Assembly (NCBI GenBank): GCA_045105815.1
Contig: JBGCDX010000097.1
Coordinates: 4,949-68,948, forward strand
From: Gammaproteobacteria bacterium
GTDB lineage: Bacteria > Pseudomonadota > Gammaproteobacteria > UBA4575
Length of the DNA stretch: 64,000 nucleotides
Reading direction: 5' to 3'
This document shows, piece by piece, positions 20,691 to 28,995 of this stretch (position 1 is the stretch's first letter; the number at the start of each line of letters is the position of its first letter). Made by a program: the position numbers and the translations under genes. Under the pieces are notes generated by a model that made no database searches, had not been told where the DNA came from, and saw only the letters and a program-made list of their open reading frames with translations.

Positions 20691-21917
20691 ATGATCGAAA
20701 CATTAATTGAGGTTGATTTTAACAAAACCCCCGAAGAACAATCCGATGTACTGCACAATCGATGGCATCCGGATATTCCATTTTCGCGTACGGTTAAACC
20801 TGGTGATGAGTTCCGAGTTGAATGTATAGATTGGACGGGTCAACAAATTGATAATAATGATAATGCGAACGACGTGCGTGATGTTGATTTAACCAAAGTT
20901 CATTATTTAAGTGGCCCCATAAAAGTTGAAGGCGCTAAGCCTGGTGATTTATTAGTTGTAGATATATTAGACGTAGGCGTGTTGCCAGAATCTGCTTGGG
21001 GTTTCACGGGTTTCTTTGCGCGTGAAAATGGCGGTGGCTTCTTAACCGAGCATTATCCTGAGGCAAGAAAAGCATGTTGGGACTTTAGTGGAGTATGGGC
21101 TTCGAGCCGACATATACCTCAAGTTAAGTTTCCAGGCACTATGCATCCTGGTTTAATCGGTTGCTTGCCATCAGCTGAGTTACTTGCAGAGTGGAATGCG
21201 CGAGAAACAGAGTTAGTCAATACTGATCCCGATCGTGTACCGCCATTAGCCGCATTGCCTTATGCAGATACTGCGGTAATGGGTTCGTTGGAAGGTTCTG
21301 CAAGAGATAAAGCAGCTGCTGAAGCGGCGCGTACCGTTCCACCGAGAGAACATGGTGGAAACTGCGATATTAAAAATCTATCACGTGGTTCAACTGTTTA
21401 TTTTCCAGTCTATGTAGATGGCGCTGGCCTATCAATGGGTGATATTCATTTTTCACAAGGTGATGGTGAAATTACTTTTTGTGGCGCGATTGAAATGGCA
21501 GGTTATTTAGATATTAAAGTGAGCATAATTAAAGGTGGTATGGAGAAGTATGCTGTTGTTAATCCTATCTTTAAGCCCAGTAAAATTGATCCTAACTATT
21601 CTGACTACTTAATATTTGAAGGCATCTCAGTTGATGAAGATGGCAAACAACATTATTTAGATCCTCATGTAGCATATCGACGAGCATGTTTGAATGCGAT
21701 TGAGTATATGAAGAAATTTGGTTTCACCGGCGCGCAAGGTTATGCAATTCTTGGTACTGCGCCTGTAGAGGGACATATTAGTGGTGTAGTAGACATTCCT
21801 AATGCTTGTTCAACCTTATGGCTACCTACTGGAATATTTGATTTTGATATTAATATCACTCCAGATGGTCCAACAAAGCAAGTAACTGGCGATGAAGATC
21901 TCGCGTTCACTTCATAG
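20691..21917 (+). CDS. fmdA: Formamidase (acetamidase/formamidase family)
   Basis: 408 aa. Length and sequence are characteristic of FmdA/AmdA-family amidases, and it is followed by fmdB and a urea/amide ABC transporter, as in the Methylophilus fmd cluster. Confidence 0.85.
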   Translation: MIETLIEVDFNKTPEEQSDVLHNRWHPDIPFSRTVKPGDEFRVECIDWTGQQIDNNDNANDVRDVDLTKVHYLSGPIKVEGAKPGDLLVVDILDVGVLPESAWGFTGFFARENGGGFLTEHYPEARKACWDFSGVWASSRHIPQVKFPGTMHPGLIGCLPSAELLAEWNARETELVNTDPDRVPPLAALPYADTAVMGSLEGSARDKAAAEAARTVPPREHGGNCDIKNLSRGSTVYFPVYVDGAGLSMGDIHFSQGDGEITFCGAIEMAGYLDIKVSIIKGGMEKYAVVNPIFKPSKIDPNYSDYLIFEGISVDEDGKQHYLDPHVAYRRACLNAIEYMKKFGFTGAQGYAILGTAPVEGHISGVVDIPNACSTLWLPTGIFDFDINITPDGPTKQVTGDEDLAFTS

Positions 21918-21926
21918 GAATTCCAT

Positions 21927-22241
21927 ATGCCAATTTATTCATATCAATGTGTAATGCATGGTGAGTTTGTGCAATTAAAAACAGTAAGTAGCCGCAATGA
22001 CGCTGCTTACTGCCCTGATTGCAATCAACTCGCTACTAGAGGTATAACGGCTCCGAATTTAAGTGTGATGTCGGATACAAATCGACAGGCTTGGCAGCGT
22101 AATGAGAAAAGCATGCATGAGCCCAAACGTGTTTCTAGAGGTCATACCTGTACGCACGACCATGACCATAGTCATGCAACTGCGCAGGTTCCACTTAAGG
22201 CTGCGGCAAAAAACACTCGCCCATGGATGTTGGGGCATTAA
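21927..22241 (+). CDS. fmdB: FmdB-family zinc-ribbon putative regulatory protein (variant with a His-rich C-terminus)
   Basis: MPIYSYQCVMHGEF...YCPDCN resembles the FmdB zinc-ribbon N-terminus. Position directly after fmdA. Confidence 0.65.
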   Translation: MPIYSYQCVMHGEFVQLKTVSSRNDAAYCPDCNQLATRGITAPNLSVMSDTNRQAWQRNEKSMHEPKRVSRGHTCTHDHDHSHATAQVPLKAAAKNTRPWMLGH

Positions 22242-22287
22242 GTTTCAATTGTTATTGATGCGGCGTTATAAACAAGCACACCATAAT

Positions 22288-22524
22288 CCCAAACGCATAC
22301 CTTATGGCTGGCGCATAGCGTTGTCAGGTCATCATATGGTCGATAGTTTAGCTCGTAAAAATATCATGAGCATCGTCGCTATGAGGAGAGGCGGGTTTAC
22401 GTTGCAAAAAATTAAAGACACCCTAGAAAGTCAGAACTTGCCAAGTCCTCGTAATGGACTTTGGCATTGCACAACTATTAAAAAAATATTTGAAGTCAAT
22501 TCAAAAAACTTTCCCTCGCGTTAA
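22288..22524 (+). pseudogene. Degenerate fragment of a serine-recombinase 'Recombinase' domain
   Basis: NPKRIPYGWRIA...IVAMRRGGFTLQKIKDTLESQNLPSPRNGLWHCTTIKKIFE matches the pattern PYGY...A.VV..IF...G.SL..IA..LN..GIPTPRG..W....V..IL of large serine recombinases. No catalytic N-domain or C-terminal zinc ribbon is present, and the upstream part of the ORF overlaps fmdB in another frame. Confidence 0.35.
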
Positions 22525-22561
22525 TTTATAAAACCTTGAAGTATTGTTTAATCTTGCAGAT

Positions 22562-22659
22562 TTTGTGTGCATGTTTGTTTTATGCACAAAAATAAATATG
22601 GTTTTTATTTTTTAAGGATTAATTTTGTGCACAAATATTATTTTTAGTGCATAAATTTT
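22562..22659 (+). promoter_or_regulatory. Four copies of a TTTNGTGCAYAAA box (same family as the fmdA boxes) upstream of the urt-like operon
   Basis: GTGTGCATG at 22565; TTTTATGCACAAAAA at 22578 (inverted); TTTTGTGCACAAAT at 22623; TTTAGTGCATAAATTT at 22643. The first two form a dyad GTGCAT-N9-ATGCAC. Confidence 0.5.
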
Positions 22660-22711
22660 AAATATAAATATTTTTGACCGGAAAAAGCCCGGTTTTATTA
22701 AATAAATATAT

Positions 22712-22727
22712 TGGCATCGTTATTGCA
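22712..22727 (+). promoter_or_regulatory. Putative sigma-54 promoter of the urt-like transporter operon
   Basis: TGGCAT-cgtta-TTGCA is a near-perfect match to TGGCAC-N5-TTGCA, about 46 nt upstream of the proposed start at 22773. Confidence 0.55.
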
Positions 22728-22772
22728 TTGTTGTTTTTGGTAATTTTATTTTCTACAAATTTGAGGTTAATG

Positions 22773-24011
22773 ATGAAATTTAAAAAAACAATATTAAGAA
22801 ATTTTAATTTCTTATCAATTCTGATCCTGCTTGCCATAACGGCAGGAAATGTATCTGCGATGGAATACCCCACAGCAGAGGTGAATACTACAGGTCTGGC
22901 AGTTACAGACACTGAGGTTACGGTAGGAATTCTGCATTCTATAACAGGCACCATGGCGATTAGTGAATCTGGTTCGGTAGAAGCAGAAAAACTAGCTATT
23001 AAACAGATTAATGAGTCGGGTGGTGTGCTTGGTAGACAAATTAAAGTAATCCAGGAAGATGGAGCAAGTGATTGGCCAACCTTTGCTGAAAAAGCACGAA
23101 AGTTATTGGTAAATGACAAAGTGGCTGCAGTAATGGGTTGTTGGACATCTGCTTCAAGAAAGGCGGTGCTGCCGGTTTTTGAAAAAGAAAATGGCATGTT
23201 GTACTACCCAACTTTCTATGAAGGTTTAGAGCAATCTAAAAATGTAATCTACACAGGTCAAGAAGCTACACAGCAAATTATTGCTGGTTTGGATTGGATC
23301 GCCAAAGAAAAAGAGGCAAAAACCTATTACTTAATCGGTTCTGATTATATTTGGCCACGTACTTCTAACAAAATTGCACGCAAACATATTGAAAATGTTT
23401 TAGGCGGCAAGGTCGTGGGTGAAGAGTATTACCCTCTTGGTCATACCAACTTTGGTTCTTTAATTAATAAAATCAAGTTAAAGAAGCCTGATGTTATTTA
23501 TAGCATCGTAGTGGGTGGCAGTAATGTTTCTTGGTACAAGCAATTAAAAGCAGCCGGCATTACTTCAGATAAATGGACCTTGCTTACCATTTCAGTTACG
23601 GAAGATGAGATGTTAGGTATTGGTGGTGAGAACGTAGAAGGTTTTTACTCAGCTATGAAATATTTCCAATCGCTAGATAACCCAAACAACATTGAATTCG
23701 TAAAAGCATTTAAAGAGATGTGGGGTGAAGATAGTGTAATAGGAGATGTTACGCAGGCCGCTTATCTTGGGCCATGGCTATGGAAAGCAGCAGTAGAGAA
23801 AGCAGGTAGTTTCGATATCGATAAGATTGCTGAAGCTTCAAATGGAATCGAGTTTGATAAAGCACCTGAAGGTTACGTTCGCATTCACGATTCAAATCAC
23901 CATCTTTGGAGCAAAACCAGAATTGGTATTGCTAAAAAGGATGGTCAATTTGATGTGATTTATGAATCCGATCTTATTGAGCCAAATCCATTCCCGGAAG
24001 GTTATCAATAA
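22773..24011 (+). CDS. urtA: Urea/short-chain amide ABC transporter substrate-binding protein (UrtA/FmdD-like)
   Basis: Signal peptide MMKFKKTILRNFNFLSILILLAITAGNVSA with a GAGG RBS 6 nt upstream. LivK/UrtA-type periplasmic binding fold. The track ORF start at 22674 would run through the sigma-54 promoter. Confidence 0.8.
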   Translation: MKFKKTILRNFNFLSILILLAITAGNVSAMEYPTAEVNTTGLAVTDTEVTVGILHSITGTMAISESGSVEAEKLAIKQINESGGVLGRQIKVIQEDGASDWPTFAEKARKLLVNDKVAAVMGCWTSASRKAVLPVFEKENGMLYYPTFYEGLEQSKNVIYTGQEATQQIIAGLDWIAKEKEAKTYYLIGSDYIWPRTSNKIARKHIENVLGGKVVGEEYYPLGHTNFGSLINKIKLKKPDVIYSIVVGGSNVSWYKQLKAAGITSDKWTLLTISVTEDEMLGIGGENVEGFYSAMKYFQSLDNPNNIEFVKAFKEMWGEDSVIGDVTQAAYLGPWLWKAAVEKAGSFDIDKIAEASNGIEFDKAPEGYVRIHDSNHHLWSKTRIGIAKKDGQFDVIYESDLIEPNPFPEGYQ

Positions 24012-24120
24012 ACATTTAAGATCATTTAACTAGAGAGGAGTTTTGCAATAACCTCCCATTGTAAAACCTCCTCTCACTTTAAGAAAAAACTCATAACAAA
24101 CTCAGTTTAAAGGAAGTCAC

Positions 24121-25047
24121 ATGTTTGAAGGTTACACAGCGTCTGAAGTAGGCTCAATATTTGCCATGCAAGGATTCTCTGGGTTGAGTTTGTTTTGTGT
24201 TTTTCTGCTCATGGCTTTAGGGCTGGCTATTATTTTTGGGCAAATGGGTGTGATTAACATGGCGCATGGTGAATTCTTAACTATTGGAGCCTATACAACA
24301 TTCTTTATTTCGTCACTAACTGAAAAATATATTCCGGGATTTATGGATTATTATTTTCTGTTGGCCATTATCGTAGCGTTCGCTATAGCTTTTTTTGTTG
24401 GCTACCTCGTTGAGTTCTCATTAATTCGTTTTTTATATAAGCGTCCGCTAGATACTTTGCTGGCGACATGGGGGCTGAGCTTAATTATGCAACAAACATT
24501 TCGATCGTCTTTTGGTGCAAGAGAAGTAAGCCCCGCATTACCAGATTGGTTGTTAGGTTCTGTGCAACTTACAGACACTATTGAAATACCAATTAACGGG
24601 TTATTGGTAGTGGGTGTAACCGCGATATTAACCGGAATAGTTTTCTATTTAGTATTTCGTTCGCGTTGGGGTTTAAAGGTACGTGCAACGACACAAAATC
24701 GTGTAATGAGCGGGGCTGCAGGAATTAATACCAGCAAAGTAGATCGTTATACATTTGCATTGGGTTGCGGAATTGCAGGTGTTGCAGGAGCTGTATTTAC
24801 TACAATTGCTTCAACTGGTCCTACAAGTGGTTCGCTCTACATTGTTGACACATTTTTAGTAGTTGTATTTGGTGGTGCAGCTAGCTTGCTAGGAACTATC
24901 GCATCAGCATTTTCGATTGCACAAGCCCAATCAATTTTAGAATTCTTCTTATCAGGTTCAATGGCGAAAGTAATTACCTTGCTTACCGTAATTGTGATTC
25001 TGATGTTACGACCTGAAGGTTTGTTCACCATTAAAGTTCGAAAATAA
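24121..25047 (+). CDS. urtB: Urea ABC transporter permease (UrtB-like, LivH family)
   Basis: 308 aa polytopic membrane protein of the branched-chain/urea permease type. Confidence 0.8.
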   Translation: MFEGYTASEVGSIFAMQGFSGLSLFCVFLLMALGLAIIFGQMGVINMAHGEFLTIGAYTTFFISSLTEKYIPGFMDYYFLLAIIVAFAIAFFVGYLVEFSLIRFLYKRPLDTLLATWGLSLIMQQTFRSSFGAREVSPALPDWLLGSVQLTDTIEIPINGLLVVGVTAILTGIVFYLVFRSRWGLKVRATTQNRVMSGAAGINTSKVDRYTFALGCGIAGVAGAVFTTIASTGPTSGSLYIVDTFLVVVFGGAASLLGTIASAFSIAQAQSILEFFLSGSMAKVITLLTVIVILMLRPEGLFTIKVRK

Positions 25048-25057
25048 GGAATATAAA

Positions 25058-26278
25058 ATGGCTTTAAGTGTTACACAAAGATTTTTCGGAAATAAAACGG
25101 ACTTAGTTGGTTTACTGATTTTAGTTGCATTAGTTGCTGTAGTGTTACCGTTATTTTTAGATATATTTCGACTTAATTTGGTTGGAAAATATCTAACCTA
25201 TGCATTCGTAGCCATTGGGCTGGTCATGTGTTGGGGGTACGGGGGTATATTAAGTCTAGGGCAAGGTATTTTCTTTGGTTTAGGCGGCTATTGTATGGCG
25301 ATGTTCCTGAAACTTGAGGCATCAGACCCTGAAACGACCGCAATACAATCCACGCCTGGGATTCCTGATTTTATGGACTGGAATCAGCTAACAGAATTAC
25401 CTTGGTTTTGGGTGCCGTTTGAAAGTCTCACCTTTGCATTGATTGCTATATTCGTTATACCTGCATTATTTGCGTTCATCATTGGTGTTGCGATGTTTAA
25501 GCGTCGTGTTACAGGTGTGTATTTTGCAATTATCACTCAAGCTATTGCGGCTATTCTTACGATTCTAATTATTGGGCAACAAGGTTTGATAGGTGGTGTT
25601 AATGGCATAACAGATCTACGCACATTGCTTGGTTGGGATATTCGAGACGATTCTGCAAAATATATTCTTTACTACGTGAATATCGCACTATTAGTTGTTT
25701 GTATTTTAATTGGGCGTTACATACTTTCAGGTCGTGTAGGAAAGATACTGCTCGCCTTAAAAGATAAAGAAGATCGAGTACGTTTTTCTGGCTATGACGT
25801 TTCCAGTTATAAAATATTTATTTTCTGTGTCGCGGCAACCTTTTCAGCAATAGGAGGTGCCATGTTTACGCTTCAAGTTGGTTTCATGTCACCGTCCTTC
25901 ATTGGCATTATTCCTTCCATTGAAATGGTGATTTACGCTGCAGTGGGTGGTCGTATGTCTTTGATCGGTGCGGTATATGGAACTTTGTTAGTCAACTATG
26001 GCAAAACAGTTTTTTCTGAAAACTTTCCTGAATTGTGGCTGTTCTTAATGGGTGCATTATTTATAAGTGTTGTGGTGTTTTTCCCGAAAGGTCTTGCTGG
26101 CATATTTACACAGCTTAAAGAAAGGTTTAGTAAAAATACCAGTATGCATAATGATAATGAGCCTCCAAAACTTGATGATGAAAGTAATCCTAATGAAGAA
26201 CTTCAAGTTAGTGATGAAGAGGATACCCCATCAAGTAATGAAAAAGATTCTGGTAACACGCAACCAGCTAATATTTAA
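25058..26278 (+). CDS. urtC: Urea ABC transporter permease (UrtC-like, LivM family) with an acidic C-terminal tail
   Basis: 406 aa, LivM-like TM core, then a Glu/Asp/Ser-rich C-terminus. Confidence 0.8.
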   Translation: MALSVTQRFFGNKTDLVGLLILVALVAVVLPLFLDIFRLNLVGKYLTYAFVAIGLVMCWGYGGILSLGQGIFFGLGGYCMAMFLKLEASDPETTAIQSTPGIPDFMDWNQLTELPWFWVPFESLTFALIAIFVIPALFAFIIGVAMFKRRVTGVYFAIITQAIAAILTILIIGQQGLIGGVNGITDLRTLLGWDIRDDSAKYILYYVNIALLVVCILIGRYILSGRVGKILLALKDKEDRVRFSGYDVSSYKIFIFCVAATFSAIGGAMFTLQVGFMSPSFIGIIPSIEMVIYAAVGGRMSLIGAVYGTLLVNYGKTVFSENFPELWLFLMGALFISVVVFFPKGLAGIFTQLKERFSKNTSMHNDNEPPKLDDESNPNEELQVSDEEDTPSSNEKDSGNTQPANI

Positions 26279-26301
26279 CCAGATAATATTTAAGGTGATA
26301 C

Positions 26302-27051
26302 ATGCTAACTAATAATTCAGATTACTTATTATCCATCGAAGACTTAACGGTTTCTTTTGATGGTTTCAAAGCCGTTGATGAAATCAATATGTATATTGAT
26401 ACGGGTGAATTACGAGTGGTCATTGGTCCAAATGGTGCTGGTAAAACTACATTGTTGGATTTGATTTGTGGCAAAACTGCGGCTAGCAGTGGTTCGATTA
26501 AATTTAATAATAAAGAATTGCGTGGTTTAGCAGAACATAAGATTGTTGAATTAGGTGTAGGTAGAAAATTTCAGACGCCTTCAATTTATGAAAATCTTAC
26601 TGTGTATGAAAATTTAGAAGTCTCATACCCAGAAGGCCATAAAGTATTATCAGCAATATTTTTTACTACTACGGATAAAGTTGATAGTGAAATTCAACGA
26701 GTCGCAAAAGAGATTTACCTAGAAGACTCGCTGGATATGGAAGCTTCTCTTCTAAGTCACGGACAAAAGCAATGGTTAGAAATTGGCATGTTGCTTATAC
26801 AAGATCCAGAGCTATTGATGCTAGATGAGCCGGTTGCAGGCATGAGTGTCAAGGAACGCGAGCAGACAGCAGATCTCCTTAAGCGTATTTGTAAAGACCG
26901 AAGTGTAATCGTGATTGAGCATGATATGGATTTCGTCGAAAAAATTGCCAGTAAGGTAACAGTATTGCATCAAGGAAGAGTGTTGGCAGAGGGGAATATG
27001 GAAGAAGTGCAAAAAAATGAAAAGGTGATTGAAGTTTATCTTGGTCATTAA
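26302..27051 (+). CDS. urtD: Urea ABC transporter ATP-binding protein (UrtD-like, LivG family)
   Basis: Walker A GPNGAGKTT, ABC signature LSHGQKQWLEIG, Walker B LLMLDEP. Confidence 0.85.
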   Translation: MLTNNSDYLLSIEDLTVSFDGFKAVDEINMYIDTGELRVVIGPNGAGKTTLLDLICGKTAASSGSIKFNNKELRGLAEHKIVELGVGRKFQTPSIYENLTVYENLEVSYPEGHKVLSAIFFTTTDKVDSEIQRVAKEIYLEDSLDMEASLLSHGQKQWLEIGMLLIQDPELLMLDEPVAGMSVKEREQTADLLKRICKDRSVIVIEHDMDFVEKIASKVTVLHQGRVLAEGNMEEVQKNEKVIEVYLGH

Positions 27052-27107
27052 GAGATACACCTAAATTTGTACTGCTTAAAGTTTAAATATATTGGAGAAA
27101 ACTACTA

Positions 27108-27797
27108 ATGTTAGAAGTGAATGATTTGGATGTTGCTTACGGACAAAGTAATGTCATTAGAAATATGAGTTTATCTACAGGCAATAGTGAAACGCTTGCG
27201 ATTATGGGTCGAAATGGAATGGGTAAAACTACATTGTTTAAGTCATTAATCGGAATTCTACCTACCAATAAAGGCATTATTAAAATTGACGGCAAAGATG
27301 TTACGCAATTTCATCCGCATCAAAGGGTGGAAAGCGGTATAGCTTATGTACCTCAAGGTCGTATGATATTTCCTACGCTTAGTGTGAAAGAGAATATTGA
27401 AACTGGTATGGAGTCTGTGAAGTCAAAGAAAATTCCTGATGATATCTATGCATTGTTTCCTGTGTTGCATGAAATGCGTAATCGAAAGGGCGGAAACTTG
27501 TCAGGTGGGCAACAACAGCAACTAGCCATTGCTCGAGCGTTAGTTTCAAACCCTAAAGTGCTTTTATTAGACGAACCGACGGAAGGTATTCAGCCTTCTA
27601 TTATTAAAGACATCGCTAGAATACTTAACGAAATAAGCAAACTAAGGGAAATCACTATTATTGTTTCGGAACAAGTATTGCATTTTGCACTTGAGATTGC
27701 GGATCGCATTCTGGTCATTGATAGAGGACAGTTTATCTATGAAGGTGATCGTGATGAGGTGGATACTGCTAAAATTAGCCGTTATCTATCGGTATGA
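27108..27797 (+). CDS. urtE: Urea ABC transporter ATP-binding protein (UrtE-like, LivF family)
   Basis: Walker A GRNGMGKTT, signature LSGGQQQQLAIARAL, Walker B LLLDEP. Confidence 0.85.
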   Translation: MLEVNDLDVAYGQSNVIRNMSLSTGNSETLAIMGRNGMGKTTLFKSLIGILPTNKGIIKIDGKDVTQFHPHQRVESGIAYVPQGRMIFPTLSVKENIETGMESVKSKKIPDDIYALFPVLHEMRNRKGGNLSGGQQQQLAIARALVSNPKVLLLDEPTEGIQPSIIKDIARILNEISKLREITIIVSEQVLHFALEIADRILVIDRGQFIYEGDRDEVDTAKISRYLSV

Positions 27798-27844
27798 CCT
27801 ATCGAATGAGATAATGCTTGTATGACAATAAAAGGACTTATTGA

Positions 27845-27958
27845 ATGATGATGTTTTCTATTGAGCCGAGCGTACTGTTTCAAAACGCGATGATATTTTC
27901 TGTGATTATGACGGTTTCTACCGTGGTTATTAAAAAACTAGTGAGAATTTTAATTTAG
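27845..27958 (+). CDS. Possible 37-aa hydrophobic micropeptide (MMMFSIEPSVLFQNAMIFSVIMTVSTVVIKKLVRILI)
   Basis: Short ORF not in the track, 48 nt after urtE. Single predicted TM helix. No supporting homology. Confidence 0.15.
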   Translation: MMMFSIEPSVLFQNAMIFSVIMTVSTVVIKKLVRILI

Positions 27959-28141
27959 TCTAGCTTTCCTTTTCTGTGTGTAGTCGCGTGAATATTGTAG
28001 TGACACAAGTAGGTAATTGCATATTGTTTTATATTAATTCAGCTAAAGGAGTTCAGGTATTAGGAGATCATAATAAACGAAGTCATTGGGCGAGTATAAT
28101 TCGTTACTCAAGCGTGTTTTAAGTCATCCAATTATTCTTGG

Positions 28142-28828
28142 TTATGAAAATATTTCTCGATATAAACCTGTATGAAAAACTTTACGTGCATCCATATTAA
28201 TTTTCAGCCCTTGTGAAAATTTCTCTTGGTTAGTTATGCTTTCAAGGTGTGGAAGTAGGGCGTCTTCAATTAATTGAGAATGTTCTACATCTAATTCAAC
28301 ATGTCCAATAAACAGCTCCAATGCTTGGTCGTTAATGCCAGGAATATTTCTTAAGCCCTTTAATAGTAACTGGTAGTATTTTGGAATAGGGTGTTCACTC
28401 GCAATGCCCACCGCAGCAACCGCTGTTAACCAATTTTCACTTTGAGTGAGACGCATCATAGTATTTATGTACATTTGTAATTCAGGAATGATGTGTTGCT
28501 GATTAATCTCACCTTGACTGAATTCAAGTGCGTACATGAATTTGCGATACTGTTCCATATGAGAACATTCTTTTTTGCCTAAGCCATATTCATCATAAAG
28601 AATTTCAGACAAGACAAACTGAATGTTTTCATCGGGCGTAATACCAAGGGTATTGGCTTGATATAACCTTGTTCGTAGTATGTGTGGGTAATATAAGCGC
28701 GCAAATATTTTCGCTTGGTTGCGGCTAAATGTTTTTTGTGAGGATATAGTAGTTATAAATTCATCACTAAAAAATGAATGGTTTAATAGTTTGTCTTTTT
28801 CGAGTTTTAGGAATTCGGAGCCAGTCAA
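28142..28828 (-). CDS. Hypothetical all-helical protein, possibly heme-oxygenase-like/TenA/PqqC-like fold (iron-containing redox enzyme family)
   Basis: 228 aa with helical composition. Weak resemblance to Haem_oxygenase_2-type proteins. No firm motif. Confidence 0.3.
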   Translation of the reverse strand: MTGSEFLKLEKDKLLNHSFFSDEFITTISSQKTFSRNQAKIFARLYYPHILRTRLYQANTLGITPDENIQFVLSEILYDEYGLGKKECSHMEQYRKFMYALEFSQGEINQQHIIPELQMYINTMMRLTQSENWLTAVAAVGIASEHPIPKYYQLLLKGLRNIPGINDQALELFIGHVELDVEHSQLIEDALLPHLESITNQEKFSQGLKINMDARKVFHTGLYREIFS

Positions 28829-28942
28829 AATTACTTGCCTTTGTTAAATATGTATAAGTAAAGACGATACTCGTCTGTCTCTTGAGTCGTAAGTGTCTAA
28901 ATGGAGTATGTGTAAAAACTTTGCATGAGCTTTTAATAATCC

Positions 28943-28975
28943 AAAAAAACGCCGAATGAAAATTCGGCGTTTTTC
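28943..28975. terminator. Bidirectional intrinsic terminator (serves hppA on the minus strand)
   Basis: aaaaaacGCCGAATgaaaATTCGGCgttttt is a perfect stem flanked by an A-run and a T-run. Confidence 0.7.
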
Positions 28976-28995
28976 GTGAACAGAATATTAAAAAA

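Noticed and set aside
22102-22287. N-terminal half of the 140-aa ORF overlapping fmdB
   Set aside because: It overlaps fmdB in another frame and has no homology. Only the 3' part, from the PYGW motif, resembles a recombinase domain and is reported as a pseudogene fragment.
20400-22800. AT-rich repeated boxes considered as a CRISPR array or IS terminal repeats
   Set aside because: The repeats are 11-16 bp, irregularly spaced and in mixed orientation, and no cas or transposase genes are nearby. They behave like regulator-binding boxes, not CRISPR repeats or IS ends.
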